Assembly (NCBI GenBank): GCA_038043465.1
Contig: JBBTBX010000009.1
Span: forward strand, 34,710-98,709
DNA: 64,000 nucleotides
From: Pseudomonadota bacterium
GTDB lineage: Bacteria; Pseudomonadota; Alphaproteobacteria; Rickettsiales; SXRF01
Direction: 5' to 3'
The notes under the pieces are model-generated. The model searched no databases. It was not told the DNA's origin and was given only the letters and a program-made list of their open reading frames with translations. Shown piece after piece: positions 31,623-41,780 of the stretch. Numbering within the stretch: position 1 is the stretch's first letter; every line of letters begins with the position of its first letter. The position numbers were made by a program, and so were the translations under genes.

Positions 31623-32363
31623 ATGAAAACAAAAAATACAAAATCTACTGCCGAAAGCAGTTCCGTTGATGCTGAAGAAATTGAGCGTTTCTCGCGCATC
31701 GCCGATGAATGGTGGAACGTAAACGGGAAATTTGCCCCCTTGCACAGCATGAATCCTGTTCGGATTGAGTATATTAGAGATAAAATAATAAAGCATTTTG
31801 GAGCGATGGATTCGCTATCGCTGCTGGATATTGGTTGTGGAGGCGGATTGATTGCCGAACCTATGGCACGGCTCGGAGCAAAGGTAACGGCTATTGACGC
31901 TTCGCAGAAAAATATTGCGGTTGCCAGCCTGCACGCGGAGAAAATGGGGCTAGATATTGATTATCGCTGTACCACGGCTGAGGAACTGGCGGCAAGTGGA
32001 GCGGTTTTTGATGTGGTTCTATCGCTGGAAATTGTGGAGCATGTGTCGGATATTGATTTATTCATAAAATCCGCCTGCAAGCTTTTAAAGACGGGTGGTA
32101 TTATAATTCTTTCTACTTTGAATCGTACTGTAAAATCTTATGGCCTCGCCATTATCGGCGCGGAATATATCATGCGCTTGCTGCCTATTGGAACCCATAC
32201 ATGGAATAAATTCCTGCGCCCCAGCGAATTATGCAACTTGTTGGAGCAAAACCAGATTGAAATAGACGAGCTGATGGGGATGGTGATGAACCCAATTACA
32301 TGGAAATGGCGACTGGATTCCAAGGATTTAGCGGTTAATTATCTGGTGGTGGGGAAGCGATGA
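31623..32363 (+). CDS. ubiG: Ubiquinone biosynthesis O-methyltransferase
   Basis: FSRIADEWWNVNGKFAPLHSMNPVR plus SAM motif LLDIGCGGGL. Confidence 0.93.
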   Translation: MKTKNTKSTAESSSVDAEEIERFSRIADEWWNVNGKFAPLHSMNPVRIEYIRDKIIKHFGAMDSLSLLDIGCGGGLIAEPMARLGAKVTAIDASQKNIAVASLHAEKMGLDIDYRCTTAEELAASGAVFDVVLSLEIVEHVSDIDLFIKSACKLLKTGGIIILSTLNRTVKSYGLAIIGAEYIMRLLPIGTHTWNKFLRPSELCNLLEQNQIEIDELMGMVMNPITWKWRLDSKDLAVNYLVVGKR

Positions 32364-32378
32364 TTTGTCATGCCGCAT

Positions 32379-33269
32379 TTATTGCGGCATCTGGTCTTTA
32401 TTATTGCCAGACCCCGCAATAAATGCGGGGTGACAGAACTCTCTATCATGTTGTAAATTTGGCAATTTACCACGCATTTTTGCCACTTCGCTTAAATCAA
32501 TATCAGCACTTATGATACCTTCTTCCGTTCCGCCATCAGCAATGATTTTTCCCCACGGGTCTACTACTAGCGAATGACCATAGGTTTTCCGCCCGCCAGC
32601 ATGGGTTCCGGTTTGCGCTGGAGCAATGATAAAACATCCGGTTTCGATGGCGCGGGCGCGCAGCAAAACATGCCAGTGCGCTTCTCCAGTTACCTGCGTA
32701 AAAGCAGCTGGTACGGCGATGATACCCGCCCCTGCCTTGGCTAGCGCCCGATAAAGCTGGGGAAAGCGGACATCATAACAAATCGTCATACCCAGTTTTG
32801 CCCAAGGTGTAGGAGCAATGACAGCCTTGTCACCAGCAATAATTTTAGAAGATTCCCGATAAACCTGCCCATCACCAACCTCAACATCAAACAGGTGAAT
32901 TTTATCATAATGGGACATAATTTCGCCCTCAGGGTTAAAAAGCAGCGAACGGTTATAGGTGAGAGGCGAGTGAGTTTTGAGTGCTGAGTGCTGAGTGCTG
33001 AGTATAGCAACGCTGCCTATTAGCAGCCAAATATTGTTTTTACGCGCCATTTCCGCTGAGGCTTTAACTGCCGGATGCTCATGCTGCTTATAAAAAACCC
33101 GGTCTTTTCCACTTTCTTCTATTAAAAATGTGTTTTCGGGAGTAGCGACCAGCCCTGCCCCCATGGCGGTCGCACGCTCCACCATACCCCTAACTTTAAC
33201 AATATTTTCCAGCAAATCCGCGCTACTGGTAAGTTGCAAGCACGCTATCTTTAACATATTATTTACCAA
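32379..33269 (-). CDS. Carbon-nitrogen hydrolase (nitrilase superfamily)
   Basis: E-K-C triad context: TPENTF, YDKIHLFDV and GMTICYDVRFP. Carries an in-frame heptamer-repeat insert. Confidence 0.88.
   Translation of the reverse strand: MVNNMLKIACLQLTSSADLLENIVKVRGMVERATAMGAGLVATPENTFLIEESGKDRVFYKQHEHPAVKASAEMARKNNIWLLIGSVAILSTQHSALKTHSPLTYNRSLLFNPEGEIMSHYDKIHLFDVEVGDGQVYRESSKIIAGDKAVIAPTPWAKLGMTICYDVRFPQLYRALAKAGAGIIAVPAAFTQVTGEAHWHVLLRARAIETGCFIIAPAQTGTHAGGRKTYGHSLVVDPWGKIIADGGTEEGIISADIDLSEVAKMRGKLPNLQHDREFCHPAFIAGSGNNKDQMPQ
32958..33008. repeat. GAGTGCT heptamer array in frame inside the C-N hydrolase CDS
   Basis: ...gagtgagttttgagtgctgagtgctgagtgctgagt... It encodes ILSTQHSALKTHSPLT. 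Confidence 0.85.
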
Positions 33270-33386
33270 TAATTTATTCGATAAAATGCAGATAATAATA
33301 ACTAATGATTAATTCTATTGCTATAATATATCTATTATAAAACAGGTATTCTTAATCATTCCACCATTATAAAAATACAAAACTAT

Positions 33387-34640
33387 ATGGGCAGTATAAC
33401 TACTATCAAAGGCTGGTTAAAGTATTTACTTATACCGGCTTGCTTATTGGCATTCTCCAGCACACTGGTTCTTTCCGAAAATTTGCCTACGGAGCCAGAA
33501 ACCACTTGTGAGACTGACTGCAAAGCGGCTAATCGCCACACGGAAATTCTGGAAACCGCAATACATAATTATCAGGATATTTACGCTAAGGGTGGCTGGG
33601 AGCATTTCCCGCTGGGAAAATCGATAAAGATACACGGCAAGGATTCGAGAGTCCCTACTCTACGCCGGATACTTTCGGTAATGGGCGATTATAAGGTGGA
33701 AACAGAAGATTCGGCAGAAGTAGACGTAGAAATTTTAGATGAAAATCTTTCGGAAGCAGTAAAAAAATTTCAGGAGCGGCATGGACTGGAAACCGATGGT
33801 GCGATTGGCAAAAAAACGCAAGTAGCTCTTGCTGTTCCAGTTGAATTCCGTATTGCACAGATGAAAGCAACACTGGAACGCATGCAGGACATGCCGGAGC
33901 TTAACAAACGTCATGTACTGGTGAATATCGCGGGATTCTATCTGGAAGCGGTTGATAATAACAAAACCATAATCAATTCGCGGATTATTGTCGGCAAACC
34001 AAGACACGCCACCCCACTTTTCCACCGCGACATCATAGAAGTAAGCTTTAATCCGCAGTGGCACGTTCCGGCAAGCATAGCCCGTAACGAAATGATGGGT
34101 AAATTGCGTGAAGAACCGGAATATTTTACCAAAGGCAATTATGTTATACGCGATAGTGATGGTGAAGTCATCAATGCCGAGGAGATTGACTGGGAAAACC
34201 AATCAGATGAAACTTATAAATTTGTGCAGCGCGCAGGCAGTGGCAATGCTCTTGGCAAAATAAAATTCAACCTGCCTGACACTAACAATATATACCTGCA
34301 TTCAACAGGAACTCCCAAATTATTTGCGAAAGCAGAACGTGCCTTGAGCCACGGTTGCATCAGGGTTGAGAAGGCACGTGAACTGGCACATTTTGTAATG
34401 AGTGGAATGGAAGGCTGGAACGTTGAAAGAATCGACAAGCTTTATGATGGCAGACAGTCAAAAATATTATCAGTCGATCCAGTAGAAGTGTATCTGGTAT
34501 ATTGGACAAGCTGGGTTGATGAAGCTACAAAGAAACCATATTTTTACACTGACGTTTATGGCAGGGATAAAAAACGGGTTACAGAAATACTGGAAGCAAT
34601 GAAAAATCCGGAAGTAAAAAGTGAAGTTGCAGATGATTAA
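33387..34640 (+). CDS. L,D-transpeptidase (YcbB/LdtD-like) with a peptidoglycan-binding domain
   Basis: PG_binding-like VKKFQERHGLETDGAIGKKT and the YkuD catalytic HSTGTP...SHGCIRV. Confidence 0.9.
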   Translation: MGSITTIKGWLKYLLIPACLLAFSSTLVLSENLPTEPETTCETDCKAANRHTEILETAIHNYQDIYAKGGWEHFPLGKSIKIHGKDSRVPTLRRILSVMGDYKVETEDSAEVDVEILDENLSEAVKKFQERHGLETDGAIGKKTQVALAVPVEFRIAQMKATLERMQDMPELNKRHVLVNIAGFYLEAVDNNKTIINSRIIVGKPRHATPLFHRDIIEVSFNPQWHVPASIARNEMMGKLREEPEYFTKGNYVIRDSDGEVINAEEIDWENQSDETYKFVQRAGSGNALGKIKFNLPDTNNIYLHSTGTPKLFAKAERALSHGCIRVEKARELAHFVMSGMEGWNVERIDKLYDGRQSKILSVDPVEVYLVYWTSWVDEATKKPYFYTDVYGRDKKRVTEILEAMKNPEVKSEVADD

Positions 34641-34644
34641 GCAA

Positions 34645-35298
34645 TTACCAATTACGCACTTTTCCAGAGTCCACATGCACAAATTTTGAATCCGGATAAT
34701 AGCCAACTCCACCGACATTCATAGCAAGGGCGGCGTTGCGGATATAGACTAAATCTTTATCAGGCAGGCGGATATCAATGGCTTTTCCCTGTACATGCAT
34801 ACTTTTCTGAGCAACACCGCCGGAATGCTCACGCAACATGGCATTGGTCTTTGGCGAACGGTAAGCGGAAATCACCTCGAAAGGAGCGCGTGAGCCAAGT
34901 TTGTTGTGCAGTATAAATAACTGGTCAAGAAGTGCTTTATCAATACGCGCAACTTCGTTAGTGCGGTGATCACGCAGCACACGATTTATTTCTGCAAGCG
35001 CGCCCTTAACATAACGCCCCTTTTCCCAATAAACCAGCTTGGTTTTTTCGCCGGTATGCAGATTGTCAAAAGCCAGAAAACGCACATTCTTAGACTTGGA
35101 AGCAGACTTAGAAGAAGGTTTAGAACCGTTTTTTATCTTGATGGATGGTCCAATTTTTATCTTTTTAGGAGGCGCTGCCAGAAGCGGCGCAGGAATAATA
35201 GACAAGCCAGCAAAGGCAACCAGCCCACCAATTAACTGACGGCGGTTCAATGCAAAAGGGTTGCCAAAAGAGTCGTATGTATCTTGTTCTTCAATCAT
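34645..35298 (-). CDS. DUF882/YcbK (MepK-like) peptidase M15 family, Tat-signal
   Basis: Tat-like NRRQLIGGLVAFAGL. SAYRSPKTN...SMHVQGKAIDIR...GGVGYYPDSKFVHVD. Confidence 0.85.
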   Translation of the reverse strand: MIEEQDTYDSFGNPFALNRRQLIGGLVAFAGLSIIPAPLLAAPPKKIKIGPSIKIKNGSKPSSKSASKSKNVRFLAFDNLHTGEKTKLVYWEKGRYVKGALAEINRVLRDHRTNEVARIDKALLDQLFILHNKLGSRAPFEVISAYRSPKTNAMLREHSGGVAQKSMHVQGKAIDIRLPDKDLVYIRNAALAMNVGGVGYYPDSKFVHVDSGKVRNW

Positions 35299-35383
35299 TA
35301 CGCACGTTCCTGTATTTTAGTTAAGAAACCCTAACCCATACAGGCATGTTTTTCAACCCTAAATTTTCTGCGACTATAACCTA

Positions 35384-37195
35384 CTATTTTTCAGAAAGTT
35401 TTTCCGTTTCTTCAGCTAATATCTGCTTTGCTTTTGGTGAAAGTTGCAGGTGCAATTCGCGCAGTTGCTTATCATCGGCAACATTCGGTGCTTGCATCAA
35501 TAAATCTTCTGCTTTCTGGTTCATCGGGAAGGCAATAACTTCGCGTATGTTCGGTTCATCAGCAAGGAGCATCACCATCCGGTCAACTCCCGGAGCCAAC
35601 CCACCATGCGGAGGTGCGCCGAATTTGAAGGCCGAGATCATTCCGCCGAATTTGGAATCAACCACGCCTGGACCATAACCAGCTATCTCAAAAGCTTTAT
35701 ACATCAGCTCTGGCTTGTGGTTACGAATCGCGCCCGAAGAAAGCTCCACCCCGTTGCACACAATATCATATTGATAAGCTAATATATCGAGCGGGTTTTT
35801 ATTAAGCAGTGCATCCATCCCGCCTTGTGGCATGGAGAAAGGATTATGGCTGAAAATAATTTTCTTCTCCTCTTCATCATATTCAAAATATGGGAAATCA
35901 ACAACCCAGAGAAATTTGAACACGCCTTTTTCCAATAAATCCAGTTCATTTCCTAGCTGCACCCGCACCTGCCCAGCCAGCTTTGCTGCGGCTAGTTCTG
36001 CGCCAGAGGAGAAGAAAACCGCATCACCATTTTTAACACCCGCAACCTGTTTTAGTTCAGCAAGTTTTTCCGCTGTCAGGAATTTAGCAATCGGGCTTTT
36101 CGCATCGCCATTTTCTTCAAAAATAATATAAGCAAGCCCTTGCGCGCCCATGCTCTTGGCAAATTCAATCATATTGTCGAAAAAGCTACGTGGTTTTGCT
36201 GCACAACCCGGCGCAGGAATGGCGCGAACAACTCCTCCGCCTTCAATCACTTTGTTGAAAATACCAAAGCCGGAACCGCGCCAAACTTCGGTTACATCGC
36301 TTATGATAAGCGGGTTGCGTAAATCTGGTTTATCGCTACCATATTTGAGCATCGACTCTTTATAGGTGATGCGCGGGAATGGTGTGTCAGTCACTTTTTT
36401 AGTGCCAAACTCAGTGAATACGCCGTGCAGGACTGGCTCAATCGCGGCAAAAACATCATCCTGCGTTACAAAGCTCATCTCAATATCAAGCTGATAGAAC
36501 TCACCCGGCGAACGGTCAGCACGCCCATCTTCATCACGGAAACACGGGGCAATCTGGAAATATTTATCAAAACCGGAAACCATGAGCAATTGCTTGAATT
36601 GCTGCGGTGCTTGTGGCAACGCGTAAAATTTTCCCGGATGGATGCGCGAAGGAACAAGGTAATCGCGCGCGCCTTCCGGTGAACTCGCGGTCAGAATCGG
36701 GGTCTGGAATTCGTTAAATCCTGAATCTGTCATCCTACGGCGGAGTGACGATATAACCTGCGAGCGGAGCATAATATTTTTATGGAGTTTCTCGCGGCGC
36801 AGATCAAGAAAACGATAGCGCAGGCGGGTCTCCTCCGGCTGTTCGCGGTCAGAATTAACCTGAATTGGCAGGGCATCGGCGGTTGATTCAAGTTTCATGG
36901 CAGAAACCACAACTTCAATTTCACCGGTCAGCAAATCTTTATTCGTTGTTTCGCCGGAACGGGCGACCACCTTACCTTCAACCGTAATCACGCTTTCCAA
37001 CTTAACATGAGTCAGCGTGTCAAAATGCTCGCCACCATCAGCCACCAACTGAGTGATGCCGTAATGATCACGCAGATCTATGAACAGCAAATTGCCGTGA
37101 TCGCGCTTGCGGTGAACCCAACCGGAAAGTTTTACGGTTTCACCGACATTGTTTTTAGTAAGCTGTGAGCAAGTATGAGTACGATAGGTGTGCAT
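35384..37195 (-). CDS. aspS: Aspartate--tRNA ligase
   Basis: [12 protein letters not shown]..., [14 protein letters not shown]-like motif 2 and GGLAPGVDR motif 3. 603 aa. Confidence 0.97.
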   Translation of the reverse strand: MHTYRTHTCSQLTKNNVGETVKLSGWVHRKRDHGNLLFIDLRDHYGITQLVADGGEHFDTLTHVKLESVITVEGKVVARSGETTNKDLLTGEIEVVVSAMKLESTADALPIQVNSDREQPEETRLRYRFLDLRREKLHKNIMLRSQVISSLRRRMTDSGFNEFQTPILTASSPEGARDYLVPSRIHPGKFYALPQAPQQFKQLLMVSGFDKYFQIAPCFRDEDGRADRSPGEFYQLDIEMSFVTQDDVFAAIEPVLHGVFTEFGTKKVTDTPFPRITYKESMLKYGSDKPDLRNPLIISDVTEVWRGSGFGIFNKVIEGGGVVRAIPAPGCAAKPRSFFDNMIEFAKSMGAQGLAYIIFEENGDAKSPIAKFLTAEKLAELKQVAGVKNGDAVFFSSGAELAAAKLAGQVRVQLGNELDLLEKGVFKFLWVVDFPYFEYDEEEKKIIFSHNPFSMPQGGMDALLNKNPLDILAYQYDIVCNGVELSSGAIRNHKPELMYKAFEIAGYGPGVVDSKFGGMISAFKFGAPPHGGLAPGVDRMVMLLADEPNIREVIAFPMNQKAEDLLMQAPNVADDKQLRELHLQLSPKAKQILAEETEKLSEK

Positions 37196-37278
37196 GATAT
37201 TTCTAACTTATCAGTTAATTGTTATTTAGCCGTTGTTAGTTAGTGTTTTTTGTGCCTTAGGTCAATTATTTTCCCCAT

Positions 37279-37374
37279 CGTCATCGCGAACCGCTATAAA
37301 GCGGCGTGGCGATCCAGATTTCTACAATTAAGGGGAATGGATTGCCGCGTTCGCTTTGCTCACTCGCAATGACG
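37279..37374. mobile_element. Palindromic CGTCAT(C/T)GCGA...CTCGCAATGACG element, copy A (intergenic)
   Basis: Terminal inverted repeats plus an inner GGCGATCCAG/TGGATTGCC repeat. Lies between the aspS start and the udg stop. Confidence 0.8.
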
Positions 37375-37386
37375 AACACCTTGTTT

Positions 37387-38016
37387 TTATGTAATAAACC
37401 GCACTTTTTCCACCACATTATCGAACATTTCCTGCGTCAGGCGGCCAGTATTCATGTTATAACGTGAGGTGTGGTAGCTGTTTAGCAAGGTAATTTTGTT
37501 ATTAATTTGATGTTCAGCACCATGCACAAATTTAGCAAAAGATGCCTTATATCCAAAGGCTTTCAGCACGGCGTTATGGGAAACTAAGCCCAGCGACAGA
37601 ATGATTTTCAGGTTTTTTATCACCGCGATTTCCGCTTTCAGGAAATTATTGCACTGGTTTATTTCCGATAGTTCGGGCTTGTTTTCCTGCGGGACACAGC
37701 GCACAGCATTAGTTACGCGGCAATTTATGAGCGTAAAACCGTCATCTGCACGTTCTTTATACTCTCCCCTCGCAAAACCGTATTTTTGCAATGAATGATA
37801 GAGAATCAGCCCTGCATAATCACCTGTAAACGGTCTGCCCGTCTGGTTCGCGCCTTTTAGCCCTGGTGCCAGCCCAACCACTAGAAACTGCGCGTCCAAA
37901 CTGCCAAAAGATGGCACTGGAGCATTAAAAAAACTGGGATACTGCTCTTTATTCTGGTTGCGAAAGCTGCAAAGCCTTGGGCAAATCTGGCAGTCGGAAT
38001 CTGGGCTGTAATTCAT
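37387..38016 (-). CDS. Uracil-DNA glycosylase, family 4/5 (Fe-S type)
   Basis: CQICPRLC..., VVGLAPGLKGANQTGRPFTGD and HTSRYN-like C-terminal motif. Confidence 0.85.
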   Translation of the reverse strand: MNYSPDSDCQICPRLCSFRNQNKEQYPSFFNAPVPSFGSLDAQFLVVGLAPGLKGANQTGRPFTGDYAGLILYHSLQKYGFARGEYKERADDGFTLINCRVTNAVRCVPQENKPELSEINQCNNFLKAEIAVIKNLKIILSLGLVSHNAVLKAFGYKASFAKFVHGAEHQINNKITLLNSYHTSRYNMNTGRLTQEMFDNVVEKVRFIT

Positions 38017-38019
38017 CGC

Positions 38020-38505
38020 TTATTTCTTTGGCTTCACTAGATTTCTTATAATGTTACAATCAAGTTTTGAACCAAATTGCTGCTTCATCAAAAGATATAT
38101 CTGTTCTACCATTTCAATCTGTTTTTCCCAGTTTTTACCCATTGATCTGGACAAGGAATATGGCACATCCAGTTTCCACTTTCCTTCTTCCTTCACAAAA
38201 AATAGGCGCAGGAAACGCTGTTTTCCAAGATCAGTTGCACTGGCGCGGATCATCACGTGACTGCCATCTTCCTTGTGCGAAACATACGCCGAATCTTTCG
38301 GCAGGCAATTCATCAAACCATATGAGGCGAAGCGGTCATATAACGAAAATGAACTGGCGGTGAATAAGTCCTTACAGCCCGCTGTATCTTCTTTTTTCAC
38401 GCAATTATTTATGCTGTCGAAAGAATCCTTGGCTGATTCCGATGCATAAACATTGCCGATAACCGACATAATCAATAATGCGGATAATAAAATTAATTGC
38501 TTCAT
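38020..38505 (-). CDS. Hypothetical secreted protein
   Basis: Signal peptide MKQLILLSALLIMSVIGNVYA. No other motif recognised. Confidence 0.55.
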   Translation of the reverse strand: MKQLILLSALLIMSVIGNVYASESAKDSFDSINNCVKKEDTAGCKDLFTASSFSLYDRFASYGLMNCLPKDSAYVSHKEDGSHVMIRASATDLGKQRFLRLFFVKEEGKWKLDVPYSLSRSMGKNWEKQIEMVEQIYLLMKQQFGSKLDCNIIRNLVKPKK

Positions 38506-38858
38506 TGTAACCTCATCCTCCAGAGAACCCCGATAAATATACCCTTAGCCCGTGGCAACACTAATATCGCCAGAATAAAAGCCAGACTAGTAAACCCAAC
38601 CACCAGCAACCAATCCGGAGTAGTTGAATCAGGAATTACTGCAAGCAACAAAGGTGCAAGAACATGCCCGACAATCATAATAGTAAGCCACGCCGGACCA
38701 TCATCAGCCCGAATATTTCCAAGATTTTCAGAACATACCGCACAATTATCAACCTGCTTAAGGTAACGAGAAAATAATCTGCCCTCACCACAATGCGGGC
38801 AGCGACCGATTATGCCGCGAATTACTACCAGCCAGAAATCAAGTGGTTTTTCTTTCAC
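38502..38858 (-). CDS. DUF983 membrane protein
   Basis: Zinc-ribbon GRCPHCGEGRLF...CAVC followed by 2 TM segments, as in DUF983. Confidence 0.8.
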   Translation of the reverse strand: MKEKPLDFWLVVIRGIIGRCPHCGEGRLFSRYLKQVDNCAVCSENLGNIRADDGPAWLTIMIVGHVLAPLLLAVIPDSTTPDWLLVVGFTSLAFILAILVLPRAKGIFIGVLWRMRLQ

Positions 38859-40189
38859 TTTGGTTTTCGCTGTTTAATTATCTGCTGCGAACGCTCAAGG
38901 GCAAGATTACCGTCAGGCACATCCTGCGTAATCACACTGCCTGCGCCGATTACCGCACCAGCACCAATTGAAACCGGCGCAACCAGCGAAGTGTTTGAGC
39001 CGATAAAAGCTTTTTCACCAATAGTGGTTTTATGTTTATTCACACCATCATAATTGCAGGTAATCGTTCCCGCGCCAATATTAGCCCCTGCCCCAACTTG
39101 CGCGTCACCAACATAGCTCAAATGATTGGCTTTTGCGCCATCACCAAGCTTGGTGTTTTTAAGTTCTACAAAATTTCCTACATGGGCATTTACACCAATC
39201 ACACTACCAGTACGCAGACGAGCAAATGGCCCAATTATTGCCCCAGATTTGATATATGCTCCCTCGATATGTGAGAATGAGCGAATTTCCACCCCAGATT
39301 CCACCGTAACCCCCGCACCAAATACCACACTCGGATGAATAATAACATCTGGTGCAATTTTTGTGTCCATCCGCAAAAATACGCTGGCAGGATCAATCAT
39401 GGTCACGCCACTCGCCATAGCCTCCTTACGCAACCGCCACTGCATAATGTTTTCTGCTTCAGCAAGCTGCTCACGGGTATTTATACCGGAAAGCTCCGCA
39501 GCTTCCGCCTCCACCACATGTGAATGTAGCCCCATATCATCAGCAAGAGCGATGATATCTGTGAGGTAATATTCACCGGCATTATTATTTACAGTAAGTT
39601 TTTCCAACAGCGGGAATAAATATCTGCCACTTACCGCCATGACTCCGGAATTGCAGAGATTAATAGCTCTCTGTTCAGGCGTTGCATCGCGTTCTTCGAT
39701 AATTTCTTCGAGTTGCCCTCTGCTATCAACAATCATGCGACCATAACCATAGGGATTTTCCATGCGCATACCCAGCACCGCTATATCAGCGGACTGCGCT
39801 GTTTCTAAAAGACGTTGCAGAGTATTAGGGGTAATAAGTGGTATATCACCATACAAAATCAAAAGCTTACCTGCGTATCCTTTTAATTCCGACTCCGTAA
39901 CTTTTAGAGCGTGACCTGTGCCAAGCTGTTGGTTTTGAATGATAAATTTTGATGATGGACTAACTGCGCCTGCTGCCTGCTGCACTGATTCCATTCCGGG
40001 GGCAACTACTATTACGGTTTTTTCAGGAGAAAGCTGAGAAACAGTAGAAATAACATGCGAAATCAATGGTATACCAGCAACTTTATGAATAACTTTCGGC
40101 AGCGAAGATTTCATCCGCGTGCCTTTTCCGGCCGCAAGTACAACACAATTGAAAGAATATTGCATTTTGTTCTTGTTTTGATTCTCCAT
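38855..40189 (-). CDS. glmU: Bifunctional GlcNAc-1-P uridyltransferase / GlcN-1-P acetyltransferase
   Basis: VLAAGKGTRMKS N-terminus and C-terminal left-handed beta-helix hexapeptide repeats. Confidence 0.96.
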   Translation of the reverse strand: MENQNKNKMQYSFNCVVLAAGKGTRMKSSLPKVIHKVAGIPLISHVISTVSQLSPEKTVIVVAPGMESVQQAAGAVSPSSKFIIQNQQLGTGHALKVTESELKGYAGKLLILYGDIPLITPNTLQRLLETAQSADIAVLGMRMENPYGYGRMIVDSRGQLEEIIEERDATPEQRAINLCNSGVMAVSGRYLFPLLEKLTVNNNAGEYYLTDIIALADDMGLHSHVVEAEAAELSGINTREQLAEAENIMQWRLRKEAMASGVTMIDPASVFLRMDTKIAPDVIIHPSVVFGAGVTVESGVEIRSFSHIEGAYIKSGAIIGPFARLRTGSVIGVNAHVGNFVELKNTKLGDGAKANHLSYVGDAQVGAGANIGAGTITCNYDGVNKHKTTIGEKAFIGSNTSLVAPVSIGAGAVIGAGSVITQDVPDGNLALERSQQIIKQRKPK

Positions 40190-40242
40190 AAAGGTAAGAA
40201 TTACCCCAAATTATGTAACTATGCAATAATGGGATTGAACAT

Positions 40243-40635
40243 ATGGATAAAATCGTTGATGTTGAGATTGGCAAACGTATAAAGCTTCGTCGTACAGTGC
40301 TGGGCTTCAGTCAGGCATACACAGCAAATGCTCTTAATTTAACTTTTCAACAAGTGCAGAAATACGAAAAAGGTATTAATTCTCTTAGCTCTAACAAATT
40401 ATATAGTTTTGCTAGCTTGTTAAGAGTCCCGGTGTCCTACTTTTTCGAAGGATTAGGAAGTGGTAGTACTAAGATAACAGCTAAGTTTGACAAAGAAAAT
40501 TCATTCGGTTCCGACCGTGAAGCGCTGGAAGTTATGAAAGTCTTTAACAAAATAGAAAGTCCTTATTTGCGAAAGAAAATGATTGAACTGTTACATCTGT
40601 TAATCGATGATGATATTAAGAGTAGAGTAAACTAA
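40243..40635 (+). CDS. XRE-family HTH transcriptional regulator
   Basis: IGKRIKLRRTVLGFSQAYTANALNLTFQQVQKYEKGINSLSSNKLYSFASLLRVPVSYFFEG. Confidence 0.88.
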   Translation: MDKIVDVEIGKRIKLRRTVLGFSQAYTANALNLTFQQVQKYEKGINSLSSNKLYSFASLLRVPVSYFFEGLGSGSTKITAKFDKENSFGSDREALEVMKVFNKIESPYLRKKMIELLHLLIDDDIKSRVN

Positions 40636-40658
40636 TAACCACAAATATTTTTAACAGC

Positions 40659-40874
40659 ATGATTTCCAGCAACATAAAATATTCTTGCAAGTACTACAGC
40701 GTAGGCTTCTTTGTTTTTATTGAATCAAACAATTCTGATTCAACGAAGCAATTTTCTATGGAACCAATCATGGAAGTGGACACTGAAGCGCAGGGAATAG
40801 AGCTAATTAACTGGTTATCAGACAATCATTTTGTAGCACGGCAAATTGCAAATATGGCAAATGATAATTACTAA
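40659..40874 (+). CDS. Doubtful small ORF
   Basis: 71-aa ORF in very AT-rich DNA. No SD or motif seen. Confidence 0.25.
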   Translation: MISSNIKYSCKYYSVGFFVFIESNNSDSTKQFSMEPIMEVDTEAQGIELINWLSDNHFVARQIANMANDNY

Positions 40875-40977
40875 CGCCGATAAATTAAATTATTTTTTTA
40901 TTTAACTTGATTTTATAATTTATAATTAAACATAATATAAATCTAAAGTTGTAGCAATATTAGCGTATATTATCTTG

Positions 40978-41748
40978 ATGATAGATTTTGTTAAATTTGT
41001 AACAGAAATGAACCGGGCAGAATGTGCAGAAGATGCATTTAATTATCTGGAAAAAACTTTATCAGATTTAGGTTTTGACAGGGTTGTTTACTCACTTATA
41101 ACCGACCACCCCAGTATGCAGTTAAAGCGTGGCCATGGTATTCTTAGAAACTATCCAGATGATTGGATGAAATATTATTTTGCAAAAAACTATTTTGAAG
41201 TAGACCCCGTAATCAAAGTTATTAAGCAGACCAGCGGTCCATTCCTATGGGAAAAGCTTCCGGAATTAAAAAACGGGTTACGGAAAGATGAAAACGTCCT
41301 GATGGAAGAAGCGCGAGAAGCCAAATTACTGGATGGGATAGGCATATCATTACATGGCGCACGCGGAGAAATCGTGGGAATGGGAATTGCCAGCAGCTCG
41401 GGAAGAACGGATATATTAAACCCGGATATGATCAGCATTGTATACGCGCTTTGTTCCCAATTTCATATAGTCTATAGAAAGATGAAAGAAAAATTACTGC
41501 CTATCATCCATCTTTCACAAAGGGAGCAGGAAGTCCTTACCTGGATTGCGGCAGGGAAAAGCAAAAGCGTAGTCGCCGATATATTGCAAATCAGCGATGA
41601 CAGCGTAAAAACCTACGTTAACAGGATTTTCACCAAATTAGAGGTGAATTCAATACAATTAGCCGTTGTAAAGGCTATTGCTATGGGGCTGATAACTCCA
41701 GATTTATGCCATAAAAATTCATCTTACCTGGAAACGTCACCCAACTAG
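40978..41748 (+). CDS. LuxR-family acyl-homoserine-lactone-responsive regulator
   Basis: Autoinducer-binding pattern (YPDDWMKYYFAKNYFEVDPV) and GerE-type HTH (LSQREQEVLTWIAAGKSKSVVADILQISDDSVKTYVNRIFTKLEV). Confidence 0.9.
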   Translation: MIDFVKFVTEMNRAECAEDAFNYLEKTLSDLGFDRVVYSLITDHPSMQLKRGHGILRNYPDDWMKYYFAKNYFEVDPVIKVIKQTSGPFLWEKLPELKNGLRKDENVLMEEAREAKLLDGIGISLHGARGEIVGMGIASSSGRTDILNPDMISIVYALCSQFHIVYRKMKEKLLPIIHLSQREQEVLTWIAAGKSKSVVADILQISDDSVKTYVNRIFTKLEVNSIQLAVVKAIAMGLITPDLCHKNSSYLETSPN

Positions 41749-41780
41749 GTGACAATACTTTTATTGTAAATAATGAGCAG

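Noticed and set aside
35299-35383. CCTGTAT...ATACAGG inverted repeat between the aspS stop and the next gene's start, considered as a possible terminator.
   Set aside because: It has a 7-bp stem with a loop of about 22 nt and no U-tract. It is too weak to call.
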